DNA of 64,000 nucleotides from Acidobacteriota bacterium (GCA_965263035.1 OZ253580.1:5344001-5408000), one strand, 5' to 3'; shown: positions 37,677 through 48,691, counted from the first letter of the stretch. Notes: generated by a model from the letters alone, not told the origin. Translations and numbers: made by a program.

Positions 37677-40600
37677 TCAGAACATGAATCTCAGGCGAAG
37701 CTGGATCCGCCGCATCTCGGAGATCGATGTGATCTGTCCAAACCCGCGGGAGTTCACGATTGTGTTCAGTCCGGTGTAGTTGACATGATTCAGCAGGTTG
37801 GTGGCATCGGCCTGCAGGATCAGCCGCATGCCTTCGCCTCCCAGCGGGATGGATCGCGCCAAGCTCAAGTCGACGGTCCAGGATCCGGGACCCGGGATGG
37901 TGTTGCGGCCCGCGTCCCCGAAATTTCCCGGATCGGGGAGACGGAACGCCGAGGTATTGAACCAGCTTCCGGTGGATCGCTCCGCTGCGGGCAGCGAGAC
38001 AGGAAGTCCGGTCACGCTGGCCCGTTCGCTGGCCTGGGAGGCGCTACCGCTATTGTTGATCTGGTTGCCCAACACGCGGGCCGTCAGGAAGCGGCCGCTG
38101 TTGACCGTGAGACTCGTGTTCAGAAACCAGTTGGCGAAGATGGAACTGAGGACTCCCCGGTCTCGAAGCCAACGGTGCCGGTCGCCGAAGGGGAGTTCGT
38201 AGAAACCGCCCAGCCGCAGGCTGTGGCGCCGGTCCAAGTTGGAGGGTCCCCACTCGGAGCTCAAATTGTCGTCGTTCTGGGCCACCACTCGTCCTCCCCC
38301 TGAGAGCGTGGCCGCGTTGTCCAGCGACTTGCCGTACTCGTAGCGGAGATTCAGCGTGAAGCCGGATCGGACCCGTCTCATCGCCAACGCCTGGAGGCCG
38401 TGGAAATAGGAGGAGGCCCCCGGAGTCAGGAACAGGAACTGGGCCGTGTCACTGATCCGCAGGATACCGTCCTGGAGCCGGTTGGGTGCTCGCAACAGTT
38501 CCAGACCCGTCCCCCGGGAGCCGGCATATCCCAGGCTCAGGAAGAAGTTGCGGGGGAGCGCCTGTTGCAGAGACAGGTTCCAGGTCTGAACCGTTGCCAG
38601 CCGGAAGTGGGGGTCCACGGCGTAGGTGTTTGGGACCTCCTCCTCGAGATTTCCGGAAAACGCCGATTCGATGGGAAGAAAATCCTGTCCGGCCACCGTT
38701 TCTTGAATCGCGAATCCGAAGGGGGGCTGCGAGATCAGCTCTCCGGCCAGGGCGGTGTAGGATTCGTGGGGATAGAAGACTCCGTAGTTGGCCCGAAGGA
38801 CCGACGCCGATCGGCCTGATCTGAGGCGGAGGGCCAGCGCGACTCGCGGGGCCAGGTTGTTGCGGTCATCCCGGATCAGCCCTCGCGGAACGATTCCCGA
38901 ATAGGGTCCCCGGCTTCCTGGAAATACGGTCGCCGCCGCCTGGAACCCGGGCGCCACGTCCAGATTGGCCATCCGGTCGTACAACTCTTCCCACGGCGCC
39001 ACGTATTCATAGCGGAGACCCCACTGGAGCGTCAGCCTGGAATGAATCCTCCAGTTGTCGTTGAGAAAGAGGGAATACTCGGGAGCCCGCAGGTAGTGGT
39101 CGCTGTTGCCGTACTGAATCCGGCTGCTCTGGGCCAGACCCAGCAGGAAGTCGGCCAAGTCGTAACCGGTCCCTGCCAGGGGCCGGCGCGACTGGTAGGC
39201 GCTGGTGGCCACTCCGGCGAAAACCTGGACCCCGGCGCCTTCCGGGTTGCCCAGTTGATTCCTCCGGTTCCAGGCCACTTCGCCGCCGATACGGAAATGA
39301 TGGCCCCCCAGGGTCAGCTGGAGGGAGTCGCTCAAGGAATGGGTCTCCCGAATGTTCAACGAGGAGCTGCCGTCCGACAGCGGGCTATAGTTGGTGAACT
39401 GGATCTGGGGAAGGCCGAAGTCGATGGGAGCGGACGAGGTGTTCCCGATTCCCAACTCGGAACTCACGTTGGTTTCGTAGGCGAAGGGGTTGAGGCGCCG
39501 GTTCCGGTTGCGGTTCCAGCGGACGCGCAGGTTGTGGATCAGGCCGCCCGCAGTGGTTTGGACCAGGTTCAGGGAAAGGTTCTGTCTCCGGGCGCTCCGT
39601 TGTCCGTAAAGCGCTGGAAACGCATTGAATTCATCCCGGTCATTGCGGTCAAGGTTGTAGCCCCCCGTCAGTCGCAGGGAATCTGACAGGGAGTAGAAAA
39701 CCCTTGAGTTGAGACGGTTTCCGGCAACCCGCAGGGGGTCCAGGTTCAAATAGTTGAGATAAGGATCGGCGCGGTTGGGAAGGGGATAGAACCCGAGCAG
39801 AGACTGGGAGACGGGATTGAGCCGGCCAGCGGGAAGCGATGCCTCCGGGTAGGCCTGGCCGCTCGAGGGATCGAAGATTCTCACCGATTCTCCGGCCAGA
39901 GGACCGGAGCGATAGACGGTCCGGGAGAAGTCGCCCCGCCGCTCGGCAGCCGTGGGCACCGATGCATACTGCGATCGCAGCTCGTCTCCCCAATTGGTGT
40001 TGAAGTCGACGAAGAAGAAGGAACGGCGGCGCCGGAAGAAGGACCCTCTCGAGGAATTGTCCTGACGGGTCAGGGGTCCGCCGGCCGACACCCCGGTGTT
40101 CCAGGAAACGTATTCCGGGTCCGGTGTGTCGCGGCCGTCCAGGGAATAGGGCTTCGCGTCCAGTGCCGAGCCGGAGAGTCCCATGGAGACGCTGCCCTGG
40201 ACCCGATTGACTCGGCCCCCGGCGATGCGGGCTCCCCGGAATCCCCCGCGTCTGCCACCTGCACCACGACCCATGACCGCACCCATGATCTGGCTCTCGC
40301 TGGCTCCGAATCCGCCTCCCTGGCGGAGCGATGCCCCTTGAATCAGCACTTCGTCGGTGGTCTCCCCGAGACCTCCGTCCTGGGCCCCGGCGCTCTGCCG
40401 ATCACCGATACGGATTTCCTCGAAGGGGTCGTCCTCCAGAGTATTCCGGCCACGCTGACGGCGTTGCCTGGGAGGGGGAGGGGCCGCTTCGGCCTGGAAA
40501 AAGTCCCTCTCGAACTCGAGACCCCACTGGTAGCCCTTCCACGACTGGGAGGTTTCGATTTCGAATCCTCCTCCAAACCCCATTCTTCCGCCCCCGCCTC

Positions 40601-41306
40601 GGCCGCCGGGGCGATTCCCCCTTCCGAAACCGCCGCCTCGGCCGAAGCCACCCATCGTAACGGTGGCCGTTTGAAATCGAGGAACCGCGATCCCTTGATT
40701 CGGGTCGAGGGCCAGGTCCAGGGTCAGGCGGGCTTCGCTGATGAAGACACCGGCCGAGAATCGCATCTGAACTCGCAGCGGCATGGCGGTTTCAGGATCG
40801 ATCCAGATCCGGGCTTCCTTCACCTTCAAACCACGGATCTTGGGCTCCGTCTTCACCTCGACGGCGGATCGTTCGTCGACCTCGGCCGGGCCTACGACCT
40901 CCGCCTTCCTCAGGAAGCCCTGAGAGGTCAGAATGTCGAGCCCCTCCAGCGGACCGAGAACATTCATGAAACGTCCGCCCCGGCCGCGTCGGGAGGAGGG
41001 GTCCAGGGGTCGGCCATTCCGTCTCAGGCTCAGGATCTCTTTCTTGAACTCCTTCGTGCCGCCCAGATAGTGGCGTTCCCGAGAATCGAACCGCTGATTC
41101 CCGAATGGCGTGTTGGCCACGGTGCGGCCTTCGACCTCCACCGAATAGCCCGTCAGAAGTTCCTTTCTGAGCTCGAGCACGCGGGCGAGACGCTGCAGGA
41201 GATCCGGGTCCGGAGATCCGGAGCAGGGAATCGAGGCAATCAGCAGCGCCACTGCCGGAATCGTCCAACGGTGGCGCCGCGTCCTGGATAAAGGGTGTCG
41301 GCTCAT
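37677..41306 (-). CDS. Oar-like TonB-dependent receptor barrel with atypical N-terminal domain
   Basis: VPT.AERRGDFS, NDNWR...LTL.WGLRYE, NNLAPR, FGDAGRN and RRIQLRLRFMF. Confidence 0.8.
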   Translation of the reverse strand: MSRHPLSRTRRHRWTIPAVALLIASIPCSGSPDPDLLQRLARVLELRKELLTGYSVEVEGRTVANTPFGNQRFDSRERHYLGGTKEFKKEILSLRRNGRPLDPSSRRGRGGRFMNVLGPLEGLDILTSQGFLRKAEVVGPAEVDERSAVEVKTEPKIRGLKVKEARIWIDPETAMPLRVQMRFSAGVFISEARLTLDLALDPNQGIAVPRFQTATVTMGGFGRGGGFGRGNRPGGRGGGGRMGFGGGFEIETSQSWKGYQWGLEFERDFFQAEAAPPPPRQRRQRGRNTLEDDPFEEIRIGDRQSAGAQDGGLGETTDEVLIQGASLRQGGGFGASESQIMGAVMGRGAGGRRGGFRGARIAGGRVNRVQGSVSMGLSGSALDAKPYSLDGRDTPDPEYVSWNTGVSAGGPLTRQDNSSRGSFFRRRRSFFFVDFNTNWGDELRSQYASVPTAAERRGDFSRTVYRSGPLAGESVRIFDPSSGQAYPEASLPAGRLNPVSQSLLGFYPLPNRADPYLNYLNLDPLRVAGNRLNSRVFYSLSDSLRLTGGYNLDRNDRDEFNAFPALYGQRSARRQNLSLNLVQTTAGGLIHNLRVRWNRNRNRRLNPFAYETNVSSELGIGNTSSAPIDFGLPQIQFTNYSPLSDGSSSLNIRETHSLSDSLQLTLGGHHFRIGGEVAWNRRNQLGNPEGAGVQVFAGVATSAYQSRRPLAGTGYDLADFLLGLAQSSRIQYGNSDHYLRAPEYSLFLNDNWRIHSRLTLQWGLRYEYVAPWEELYDRMANLDVAPGFQAAATVFPGSRGPYSGIVPRGLIRDDRNNLAPRVALALRLRSGRSASVLRANYGVFYPHESYTALAGELISQPPFGFAIQETVAGQDFLPIESAFSGNLEEEVPNTYAVDPHFRLATVQTWNLSLQQALPRNFFLSLGYAGSRGTGLELLRAPNRLQDGILRISDTAQFLFLTPGASSYFHGLQALAMRRVRSGFTLNLRYEYGKSLDNAATLSGGGRVVAQNDDNLSSEWGPSNLDRRHSLRLGGFYELPFGDRHRWLRDRGVLSSIFANWFLNTSLTVNSGRFLTARVLGNQINNSGSASQASERASVTGLPVSLPAAERSTGSWFNTSAFRLPDPGNFGDAGRNTIPGPGSWTVDLSLARSIPLGGEGMRLILQADATNLLNHVNYTGLNTIVNSRGFGQITSISEMRRIQLRLRFMF

Positions 41307-41923
41307 TCCTTTTCGAAGACCAAAGTATGGTCCATCTCACCCCGGGGGGTGCTTAGAGTGATCTTTTGAGTCAAGGTCCTGCCGTCGTCCGAGAGACTCC
41401 AGAGTGCCTTCTGCTCAAGCTTGAAGGATCCTCGGGAAGTCTCCCGTTCCTGGACCTGCTTGACTTCCAGTTTCGAGCCCTTCCATTTGGCCTCCACGGT
41501 TGCGACACCCATGAAGGAGGAGATCTCCTGGGGGCCGGCTCCAGGCTTGAGAGTGATCTCCCGGGAACCGCCGCGGCGGCTCTCTTGGGTGACGGTCAGG
41601 GTATCGCTCTGCTGGCTCACCGACAGCTGACCGGAGATCAGTCCCCTTCCTCGACCGCCACCTCGCCGGCCTCTCCCAAATCCACCGCCACGACCTCCTT
41701 CGCCGCGGCCGCCACCGCCGCGGCCGCCGCCCCGAAATCCGCCCTCTCGATCGCCGCCGCGGCCGCCTCCACCGCGGCCGAAACTCGGCAGCTCGCTCTT
41801 TTCCTCGTTGAGGGTCCAGTTGCCCGAGAAGTCCGGGGTCTTCTCGGCCAGGCTGAAGCTGCCGGCCCAAACCAGGACCAGAAGCGCAGGAAACCATCCC
41901 CTGATCCGTCCCAATCGAGACAT
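41303..41923 (-). CDS. Exported RGG-rich hypothetical protein (lipocalin-like barrel possible)
   Basis: PDFSGNWTLN.EKS, WSLSDDGRTLT and LVFEK. Confidence 0.7.
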   Translation of the reverse strand: MSRLGRIRGWFPALLVLVWAGSFSLAEKTPDFSGNWTLNEEKSELPSFGRGGGGRGGDREGGFRGGGRGGGGRGEGGRGGGFGRGRRGGGRGRGLISGQLSVSQQSDTLTVTQESRRGGSREITLKPGAGPQEISSFMGVATVEAKWKGSKLEVKQVQERETSRGSFKLEQKALWSLSDDGRTLTQKITLSTPRGEMDHTLVFEKE

Positions 41924-42073
41924 ATCGAATCTACCTCCCGTGTCCGTCCGTTATCGTGACTGGCTCTGCCAGTTTCACCCAATCAGTACGGTAACCGTTC
42001 CCAGTTGTTTCGTCGCGGTTCTACGAGGGCCGTTGACCGTTTCCAAGGCCCGGTGTTATAGACTGCGGCACCT

Positions 42074-44407
42074 ATGACCCCGGAAATAGGCTTCCTCTTT
42101 GTTCTTCTGGCGGTCATGGCCTACCTGTTCCTGACCGAAAAGCTTCCTGTCGATCTGACGGCCTTCCTGGGCCTCGTGGTCCTCACGCTGGCGGGATACG
42201 TCACGCCGGCGGAGGCTTTCACCGGATTCTCCTCGCCGGCGGTCATCACCATGATGTCCGTCTTCATCGTCAGTGCTGCCCTTTTGCACACCGGTGTGGC
42301 CGATCGTGCCGGGGGGGTCATCTATACGCTCGTGGGGAGCCGGGAGATCCCTCTCATAGTGATCCTGATGGCGATCGCGGGTTTGCTTTCCGCCTTCATG
42401 AACAACATAGCGGCGACGGCCGTTCTCATGCCTGCCGTCGGCAGTATCGCCTACCGGAGCGGGATTCCTGCGTCCAGGCTTTTCATGCCCCTGGCCTTCG
42501 GAGCCATACTGGGAGGGACCACGACGCTGGTCGGGACGCCTCCCAATATCCTGGCGGGGACCATCATGCGGGAACGCGGCCTGGAGCCCTTCGGGCTCTT
42601 CGATTTCACCCCCGTCGGCTTGGTCCTCCTGGCGGCCGGGATCCTGTTCATGGTGACCCTGGGCCGAAAGTTGCTTCCGCGGCGCGAGGTGGGACCCGTC
42701 ACCAGCGAGTCGTCTCATTTGAGCCAGGTCTATCAGTTGCACGAACGGTTGTTCTCAATCCGGATTCCACCCCAATCCCGGCTGGATGGAATCTCCCTGG
42801 GAGAGTCACGGCTCGGGACCGCCCTGGGGATCCAGGTCGTCGCCATTTTGCGGCGCGGCAGAAAACGGCTCGCACTGGAACCTGGCACGCTCCTTAGAGG
42901 TGGGGACGTGCTGCTGGTGGAGGGAGACCGGTCGGATCTGCGAGATCTGATGAGAGTTCGGGACTTGACGATTCAGGAGACCACGGCAGGCCAGCTGCCG
43001 CGGCCGGTCAAGGGGGTGACGGGGGTTCGGCTCCGATTGTCGAACGATTCCGAGCTGCTGGGACGGAGTCTGCGGGAAGTTCGTTTCCGGAAACGCTTCG
43101 GTGCCGTGGTGGTGGCCATCCATCGGGGTGACGAGTATCTGAGAGATGACTTGGCGAAGAGGACGCTCCGCAAAGGCGACGAGTTGTTGGCGTTGGGGGC
43201 TCGAGCCCAGCTGGAACGACTGCGGTCCCAAAGTGACCTGCGGGTCAAGGAAGTGGGATTGTCCGTGCTGAAAAACGTATGGGAGCACCTCTTTGTGATC
43301 CGGGTTCCAAAGGGGTCCGCCTTGGTGGGCTCAACGGTCGGCAATAGCCGGATCGGCGAGTTGGCGGGTGTCACCGTGGGCGCCATCATCCGGGGAGGCA
43401 TGACCCATCTGGGGGTGTTCGCAGATGCCGAGATCCGGGAAGGCGACGGGTTGTTGGTTTCGGGGAATGCGGAGGAGTTCGTGCGCCGTCTAGGGACGGG
43501 GGACGTGGAGCTCGATCCGGGAATCGGGGGAATCTCCCTTGAAACGGACGACGTCGGCGTTGCCGAAGCCGCACTCGCGCCGCGCTCGTCTCTGGTGGGC
43601 CGTACCCTCAAGGAAGTGAAATTCCGGGATCGATTCGGCCTTCAGATCCTGGCCGTCTGGCGGGAAGGCCGGCCCGTCCATTCGGGATTGGCGAATCTTT
43701 CCTTCCGTTTTGGAGACGCCCTGCTGCTACAAGGACCCTGGGACCGGATTCGCAATCTGGGAATGGACCCCGACCTGGTCCTTTTCTCCAGGGTAGAACG
43801 CCGGCTTCGGCGAACCCACAAGGCGCCGTTCGCCCTGGGCGGACTGCTGGTGATGGTCGCCATGGTGGTCAGCGGTTTCCAGCCCATCCACGTGGCAGCT
43901 TTCACGGCGGCGAGCCTGGTTCTCCTGTTCCGCACTCTGACCATGGAGGAGGCCTACCGTGCTATCGAGTGGAGAGCCATCTTTCTGGTGGCGTCGGTGC
44001 TGGCCTTCGGGTCGGCCATGGAACAAACGGGAGCGGCGCTGTTGCTGGCCGATACGGTGACCGGATTGGCGGGTCCCTGGGGCGAATATGGGGTTCTGGC
44101 TGCGTTGGTGTTGCTGACGAGTCTGATGAGCCAGTGTCTCGACGGAGCCCCCGCGGTCGTGCTCCTGGCGCCCGTGGCGTTGCAGGCGGGCGGCCAGTTG
44201 GGACTTGACCCGCATACGGTCATGATGAGCGTCAGTTTGGCCGCATCGGCTGCCTTCATGACGCCGTTCAGCCACAAGGCCAACCTCCTGGTGATGGGGG
44301 CAGGCGGGTATCGAAGCATCGACTACATCCGGGTTGGGACCCCTCTCACTCTGGTGGTTTTGATTCTCCTGGTCCTGCTGGTACCCCTCGTTACTCCCGG
44401 AGGATAG
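42074..44407 (+). CDS. SLC13/CitMHS-type permease with four TrkA-C (RCK_C) domains
   Basis: SAFMNN, TTLVGTPPN, four S.L.G..L repeats and FMTP.SH.ANLLVMG.GGY. Confidence 0.9.
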   Translation: MTPEIGFLFVLLAVMAYLFLTEKLPVDLTAFLGLVVLTLAGYVTPAEAFTGFSSPAVITMMSVFIVSAALLHTGVADRAGGVIYTLVGSREIPLIVILMAIAGLLSAFMNNIAATAVLMPAVGSIAYRSGIPASRLFMPLAFGAILGGTTTLVGTPPNILAGTIMRERGLEPFGLFDFTPVGLVLLAAGILFMVTLGRKLLPRREVGPVTSESSHLSQVYQLHERLFSIRIPPQSRLDGISLGESRLGTALGIQVVAILRRGRKRLALEPGTLLRGGDVLLVEGDRSDLRDLMRVRDLTIQETTAGQLPRPVKGVTGVRLRLSNDSELLGRSLREVRFRKRFGAVVVAIHRGDEYLRDDLAKRTLRKGDELLALGARAQLERLRSQSDLRVKEVGLSVLKNVWEHLFVIRVPKGSALVGSTVGNSRIGELAGVTVGAIIRGGMTHLGVFADAEIREGDGLLVSGNAEEFVRRLGTGDVELDPGIGGISLETDDVGVAEAALAPRSSLVGRTLKEVKFRDRFGLQILAVWREGRPVHSGLANLSFRFGDALLLQGPWDRIRNLGMDPDLVLFSRVERRLRRTHKAPFALGGLLVMVAMVVSGFQPIHVAAFTAASLVLLFRTLTMEEAYRAIEWRAIFLVASVLAFGSAMEQTGAALLLADTVTGLAGPWGEYGVLAALVLLTSLMSQCLDGAPAVVLLAPVALQAGGQLGLDPHTVMMSVSLAASAAFMTPFSHKANLLVMGAGGYRSIDYIRVGTPLTLVVLILLVLLVPLVTPGG

Positions 44408-44441
44408 GGGACTGATTTCCGATACGGATCGGCGAACAAGA

Positions 44442-44954
44442 TTGGCATGGCTGCTCCTGGCTCTGCTCGCGGCACTGTGCCTGGTGCTGGTTCTGCTTAT
44501 CCTGCGTGGCGGCGGACGCGTCTGGGGGCCCGTTGACCATCCTCAGTTTCCGACGGTGCAGCGGAGTGGGTGGAGTTGGGACGACGCTGACCCCCTGCTG
44601 GCCTGGGTCTGGATCGTGGGGGTGCTGCAGATTGCCCTGTACCTCTGTCTCCTGAGCCTGGGGCTGGCCGGGCGGGCGGGCTTGGGCCGTCTGCGAAGTC
44701 CCGTCTTGTTGGGAGGCCTCCTCCACGCCGGAATCTTCTCCTGGTTGATTCTGGCTCACCTCTTTCCGGTCGCGCCTGCTCTCTGGTCCTTGCCACCGCC
44801 CACGGTGGTGATGCTGTTTTTTTTCTGGATTCTGCCGCCCATCTACTTCGTGATCCTGTACGTCGTCGGTTTCGACCGGTGGATACTGACGGATGAGAAC
44901 CACCGGAGCTTTCTTGAGTCGGTTCAATCCCGGCGAGGGAAGGGATCGGGGTGA
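44442..44954 (+). CDS. Membrane protein, probable SSS accessory subunit
   Basis: Four TM helices; overlaps the start of the downstream symporter. Confidence 0.6.
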   Translation: MAWLLLALLAALCLVLVLLILRGGGRVWGPVDHPQFPTVQRSGWSWDDADPLLAWVWIVGVLQIALYLCLLSLGLAGRAGLGRLRSPVLLGGLLHAGIFSWLILAHLFPVAPALWSLPPPTVVMLFFFWILPPIYFVILYVVGFDRWILTDENHRSFLESVQSRRGKGSG

Positions 44955-46435
44955 TGGATCCATCCCGAAGCACGGTGATCCTGGTCTTCGTGGGCTTGTA
45001 CATGGGGATGTGCGTCGCCGTCGGGCTTTGGGCCCTGAGCCGGACACGTTCCACCCGGGATTTCTTCATGGCCGGCCGCGATCTCGGCGTCTGGGTCACC
45101 GGCCTGGCCGTCTTCTCCAGCACCATGAGCGGGTTCGGGTTCGTGGGCGGGCCCGGGCTGGTCTATCGAATGGGGATGACGTCCGTCTGGATGGTGATGT
45201 GCATTCCCCTCGGATACGTCCTTTGTTTCGCATTGCTGGCCAAGCGGATCCGGCTTCTCGCGGAGCTCAGGGAACCGATCTCGCTTCCCGACGCCGTGGC
45301 GGCCCGGTACGGGAGCGAGGGGTGCCGTTTCCTCGCCGCCCTCGCCATTCTTCTGGGGGTGATGGGGTATCTGGCGACTCAGATCCTGGCGATGGCCACG
45401 GTGCTCAGGGACTTGGTGGCCGGCGCCGGGTTGGGAGACTTCAGCATGGAGGCGTGCGTGGCCTTTTCCTGCGCTGTCCTGGTCTTCTACTGCGTGACGG
45501 GCGGCATCATCGCCTCGGTCTACACGGATCTGGTGCAGGGACTGGTGATGGTGGCCGCCGCCGTCCTGGTCTTCCTGGCCACGGCCAACGTGGCGCCCGG
45601 GGGTTGGAGCGGGATCGTCTCGACCATCGCGGCCGACGACGCCGGATCCATGAGCCCGTGGGGCACGATGGGGGCATTTCAGGCCCTCTCCTGGTACCTG
45701 CTCTTCATGCTGGGGGTTGCCGGCCAGCCTCACGTCGTCACCAAGATGATGATGACCCGGCGGATCCGGGACGCCAAGTACATCCTGCCGGTCGCGGCCC
45801 TGGGATACGCCGTCTCGGCGCTGCTCTGGATCAGCATCGGGCTGGCGATGCGGGCACTCGTGATTCGGGGGATGCATCCGGAACTCGCGGGAGCCGATTC
45901 GGCTGCTCCTCAATTCCTCGCTCACTACGTTCCCCCGGTTCTGGCCGGGCTCGTTTTCGCCGCGCTCTTCGCGGCCATCATGTCGACGGCCGACGGCTTT
46001 CTGAACATCGGCGCGGCGGCCGTCGTCCATGACATCCCCCGGGCTCTCCGGGGCCGGTCGTTGAGAGGGGAACTCTTCTGGGCCCGGACAGCTACCGTGA
46101 TCATTGCCGCCGTGGCTTCCGTTTTCGCCCTCTACAGCGGTGATCTCGTGGCCATTCTGGGAGCATTCGGTTGGGGGACGTTCGCGGCGGCACTGTTTCC
46201 GGTTGTGGCTCTGGGATTGAACTGGAAGCGGGCCACGGCGCTGGCGGCCAAGACGGCCATTCTGGTCAGTCTGTCCATCAATTTCGCGTTTCGCCTGCTG
46301 GACGTCGAAATCCCCTGGGGCATCGATGCGGGTGCGATCTCCCTGCTGGTCTCCGTCACCCTCTTCGTCGGGATCTCTCTTGCCTCGCGGCCTCCGGTAC
46401 TGGACCCGGACATCGAGCTGCTACTGGACACGTAG
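44951..46435 (+). CDS. Sodium:proline/solute symporter (PutP-like SSS)
   Basis: DFFMAGR, SGFGFVGGPG, YTDLVQG, GQPHV and AAIMSTAD. Confidence 0.9.
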   Translation: MMDPSRSTVILVFVGLYMGMCVAVGLWALSRTRSTRDFFMAGRDLGVWVTGLAVFSSTMSGFGFVGGPGLVYRMGMTSVWMVMCIPLGYVLCFALLAKRIRLLAELREPISLPDAVAARYGSEGCRFLAALAILLGVMGYLATQILAMATVLRDLVAGAGLGDFSMEACVAFSCAVLVFYCVTGGIIASVYTDLVQGLVMVAAAVLVFLATANVAPGGWSGIVSTIAADDAGSMSPWGTMGAFQALSWYLLFMLGVAGQPHVVTKMMMTRRIRDAKYILPVAALGYAVSALLWISIGLAMRALVIRGMHPELAGADSAAPQFLAHYVPPVLAGLVFAALFAAIMSTADGFLNIGAAAVVHDIPRALRGRSLRGELFWARTATVIIAAVASVFALYSGDLVAILGAFGWGTFAAALFPVVALGLNWKRATALAAKTAILVSLSINFAFRLLDVEIPWGIDAGAISLLVSVTLFVGISLASRPPVLDPDIELLLDT

Positions 46436-46542
46436 GAGGAGGAGAAATGAGGAGTGGGAGAAGAGGATGCATCGACAGGAATAGAAGGGGCTCGGGGCTC
46501 CGCCTTGACCGGTCGCGGGAGGGCGGCTAGGCTCCCGGTATC

Positions 46543-48690
46543 ATGAACAAAACGCTCGGAAAAGCATCACTCGCTATCATTTTATGCCTCTTGACGGTTT
46601 CTCTGGACGGGCACGAGGGTCCCCCCACCACTCTGGTTCCGTTCACAGCCCCTGACTTTATCGGAGATCCCGTCATAGGCCGCCAGCTCTCCGATCTGGC
46701 CGAGTTCTCCATCCATCTGCTGCAATGGACCGAAACCGACCGGAGCGTGGCGAAGCTGCAGCGAACCCTCAAGGGCAAGGTCGGAGGATTCTACCGGCGC
46801 TGGAATGGCACCGCCACCGAGGCTCCGGAGTTGGAGGAGATTGTCCGGTTCACGACCGAGAGTTACGAATCCCTCACCTGTCCCCAGCTCACCAAGATTG
46901 AAGTCGGCTCCGCCGTGACCCTGTTGGAGGCTCCCGCGAAACTGGATCTATTGGGGTTCGCGGGAACGGAAGTTCCTGTGATCATTCGAAACTCCAGCCC
47001 CAAAGAGGTGGCCGTGACCATCGGTTCCGGATCCCAGGATGTGGAAGTGGAGCCGCGGATCGTCCGGCTCAGCGGAGGAGAGACCCAGGGCGCCTGGCTG
47101 ATCGTCTCCCCGATCCGGCCGGAGGCCTCGGCGCTTGTGCTCACGGTGGATGCGGGCGCCGTCAAGGGACGGGTATCGGTCCCGGCGCGGGTCAGAAATA
47201 TGAGTCTGCTGCGGGTCAAGGTGGTGGATGAATCTGGTCTCGCGACGCCCGCCCGAGTTTATCTCACCGGTGCCGACGGGAGGCGTCACACACCGGACGA
47301 CATCATTCCCCGCATCACCAGCGCCGACTACGGTCAGCCCTATGGCGGCGAATACTACTTCTACACCGACGGTGGTTTCTCCTTGAAGCTGCCCGCGGGC
47401 GAGACCCATCTGGAGGTGATCAAGGGATTGGAATACGCGCCGCTCAGAAAGACCTTTCAGATGCCGGCGTCCGGTCAGAAGGAGATCGTGGCCCGTTTGG
47501 ATCGGCCCTACAACATGGCGTCCAAGGGCTGGTTCTCGGGGGACATCCATATCCACCCCAACCTCTTTTCCGACACCCGGATTGGGCCTCAGGACGTGCT
47601 GCGGATCACCAAGGCCGAAGATCTCAACGTACCCCACCTGCTGGCCTGCAACGACACCGACGGATTCATCACGGACCTGGTTTATTTCGAAGGGAAACCC
47701 AACCGTCTCTCGGAGAAGAATTACATCCTCTACTGGAACCAGGAGATGAGGAACCTGAGGGTCTACGGTCACATGGCTTTCCTGAAGCTCAAGGAGTTCG
47801 TGCATCCCTCCTACGTCGGATGGCCCCGGACCGATCATCCTTACGACTATCCACCCAATCACGATCTGGCGGCCGCCGCCAAGCAGCAGGGAGCGGCCGT
47901 CGTCTACGTCCATCCGGGGTTGCCCCAGGAATACCCGGTGGACATCGCCCTGGGAGTGGCCGACACCATCGATGTCATGTGCCAAGGGAACGAGGAGAAG
48001 AACACGGCGGACTGGTACCGGCTTCTCAATTCCGGATTCAGGTGTGGGATCTCGGCGGGGACGGACTGTTTTCTGAATGTCCCCTATCACTTGCTGGCGG
48101 GAGCGGGCCGGGTCTACGTCAAGACCGGGACCCGGCTGACCTATGACAAGTGGATCCAGGCCTATCTGGAGGGCAGGAGCTTCGCATCCAACGCTCCCCT
48201 CCTCGATTTCAGCGTCGACGGCAAGGGGGCAGGGGAGGAGATCCGCTGGAGTTCCGGGTCCCGGACGGTGCGGGTCGAGGCCCAAGCGGTATCCCACGTC
48301 GCCATGCAGAGCATGGAGGTGGTGGTCAACGGAAAGCCGGTCTTTACGGTGGAGGCCACCGATGAGGGCACGCGGGCGAGCCTGTCACGGGAGGTCCAAC
48401 TGGACGAAAGCGCCTGGATCGCCATTCGGGTCCGGGGTGAAGCCCATCGCCTGGTGCCCAACGACACCGAACTCTACGCCCACACCAGCCCGGTCTACTG
48501 CTATCGGGACGGGTCCCGCATCCATTTTCGGGAGGATGCGCTCTATTTCGTGGAGCAGATCGACCGTCTGGTGGAGCGAGTCGACCGCAACGGGGTCTTC
48601 AAGGATGCGGTCCAGAAACAGAAGGTCGTGGACCTGTTTCGCAAGGGTCAGGACGTCTACCGAAAAATCGCCCGCGAGGCGACGCGGTAA
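46543..48690 (+). CDS. CehA/McbA family metallohydrolase (PHP-like), exported
   Basis: GW.SGDIHIH, WYRLLNSG, AGTD, GRVYV and AHTSPVY. Confidence 0.8.
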   Translation: MNKTLGKASLAIILCLLTVSLDGHEGPPTTLVPFTAPDFIGDPVIGRQLSDLAEFSIHLLQWTETDRSVAKLQRTLKGKVGGFYRRWNGTATEAPELEEIVRFTTESYESLTCPQLTKIEVGSAVTLLEAPAKLDLLGFAGTEVPVIIRNSSPKEVAVTIGSGSQDVEVEPRIVRLSGGETQGAWLIVSPIRPEASALVLTVDAGAVKGRVSVPARVRNMSLLRVKVVDESGLATPARVYLTGADGRRHTPDDIIPRITSADYGQPYGGEYYFYTDGGFSLKLPAGETHLEVIKGLEYAPLRKTFQMPASGQKEIVARLDRPYNMASKGWFSGDIHIHPNLFSDTRIGPQDVLRITKAEDLNVPHLLACNDTDGFITDLVYFEGKPNRLSEKNYILYWNQEMRNLRVYGHMAFLKLKEFVHPSYVGWPRTDHPYDYPPNHDLAAAAKQQGAAVVYVHPGLPQEYPVDIALGVADTIDVMCQGNEEKNTADWYRLLNSGFRCGISAGTDCFLNVPYHLLAGAGRVYVKTGTRLTYDKWIQAYLEGRSFASNAPLLDFSVDGKGAGEEIRWSSGSRTVRVEAQAVSHVAMQSMEVVVNGKPVFTVEATDEGTRASLSREVQLDESAWIAIRVRGEAHRLVPNDTELYAHTSPVYCYRDGSRIHFREDALYFVEQIDRLVERVDRNGVFKDAVQKQKVVDLFRKGQDVYRKIAREATR

Positions 48691-48691
48691 A

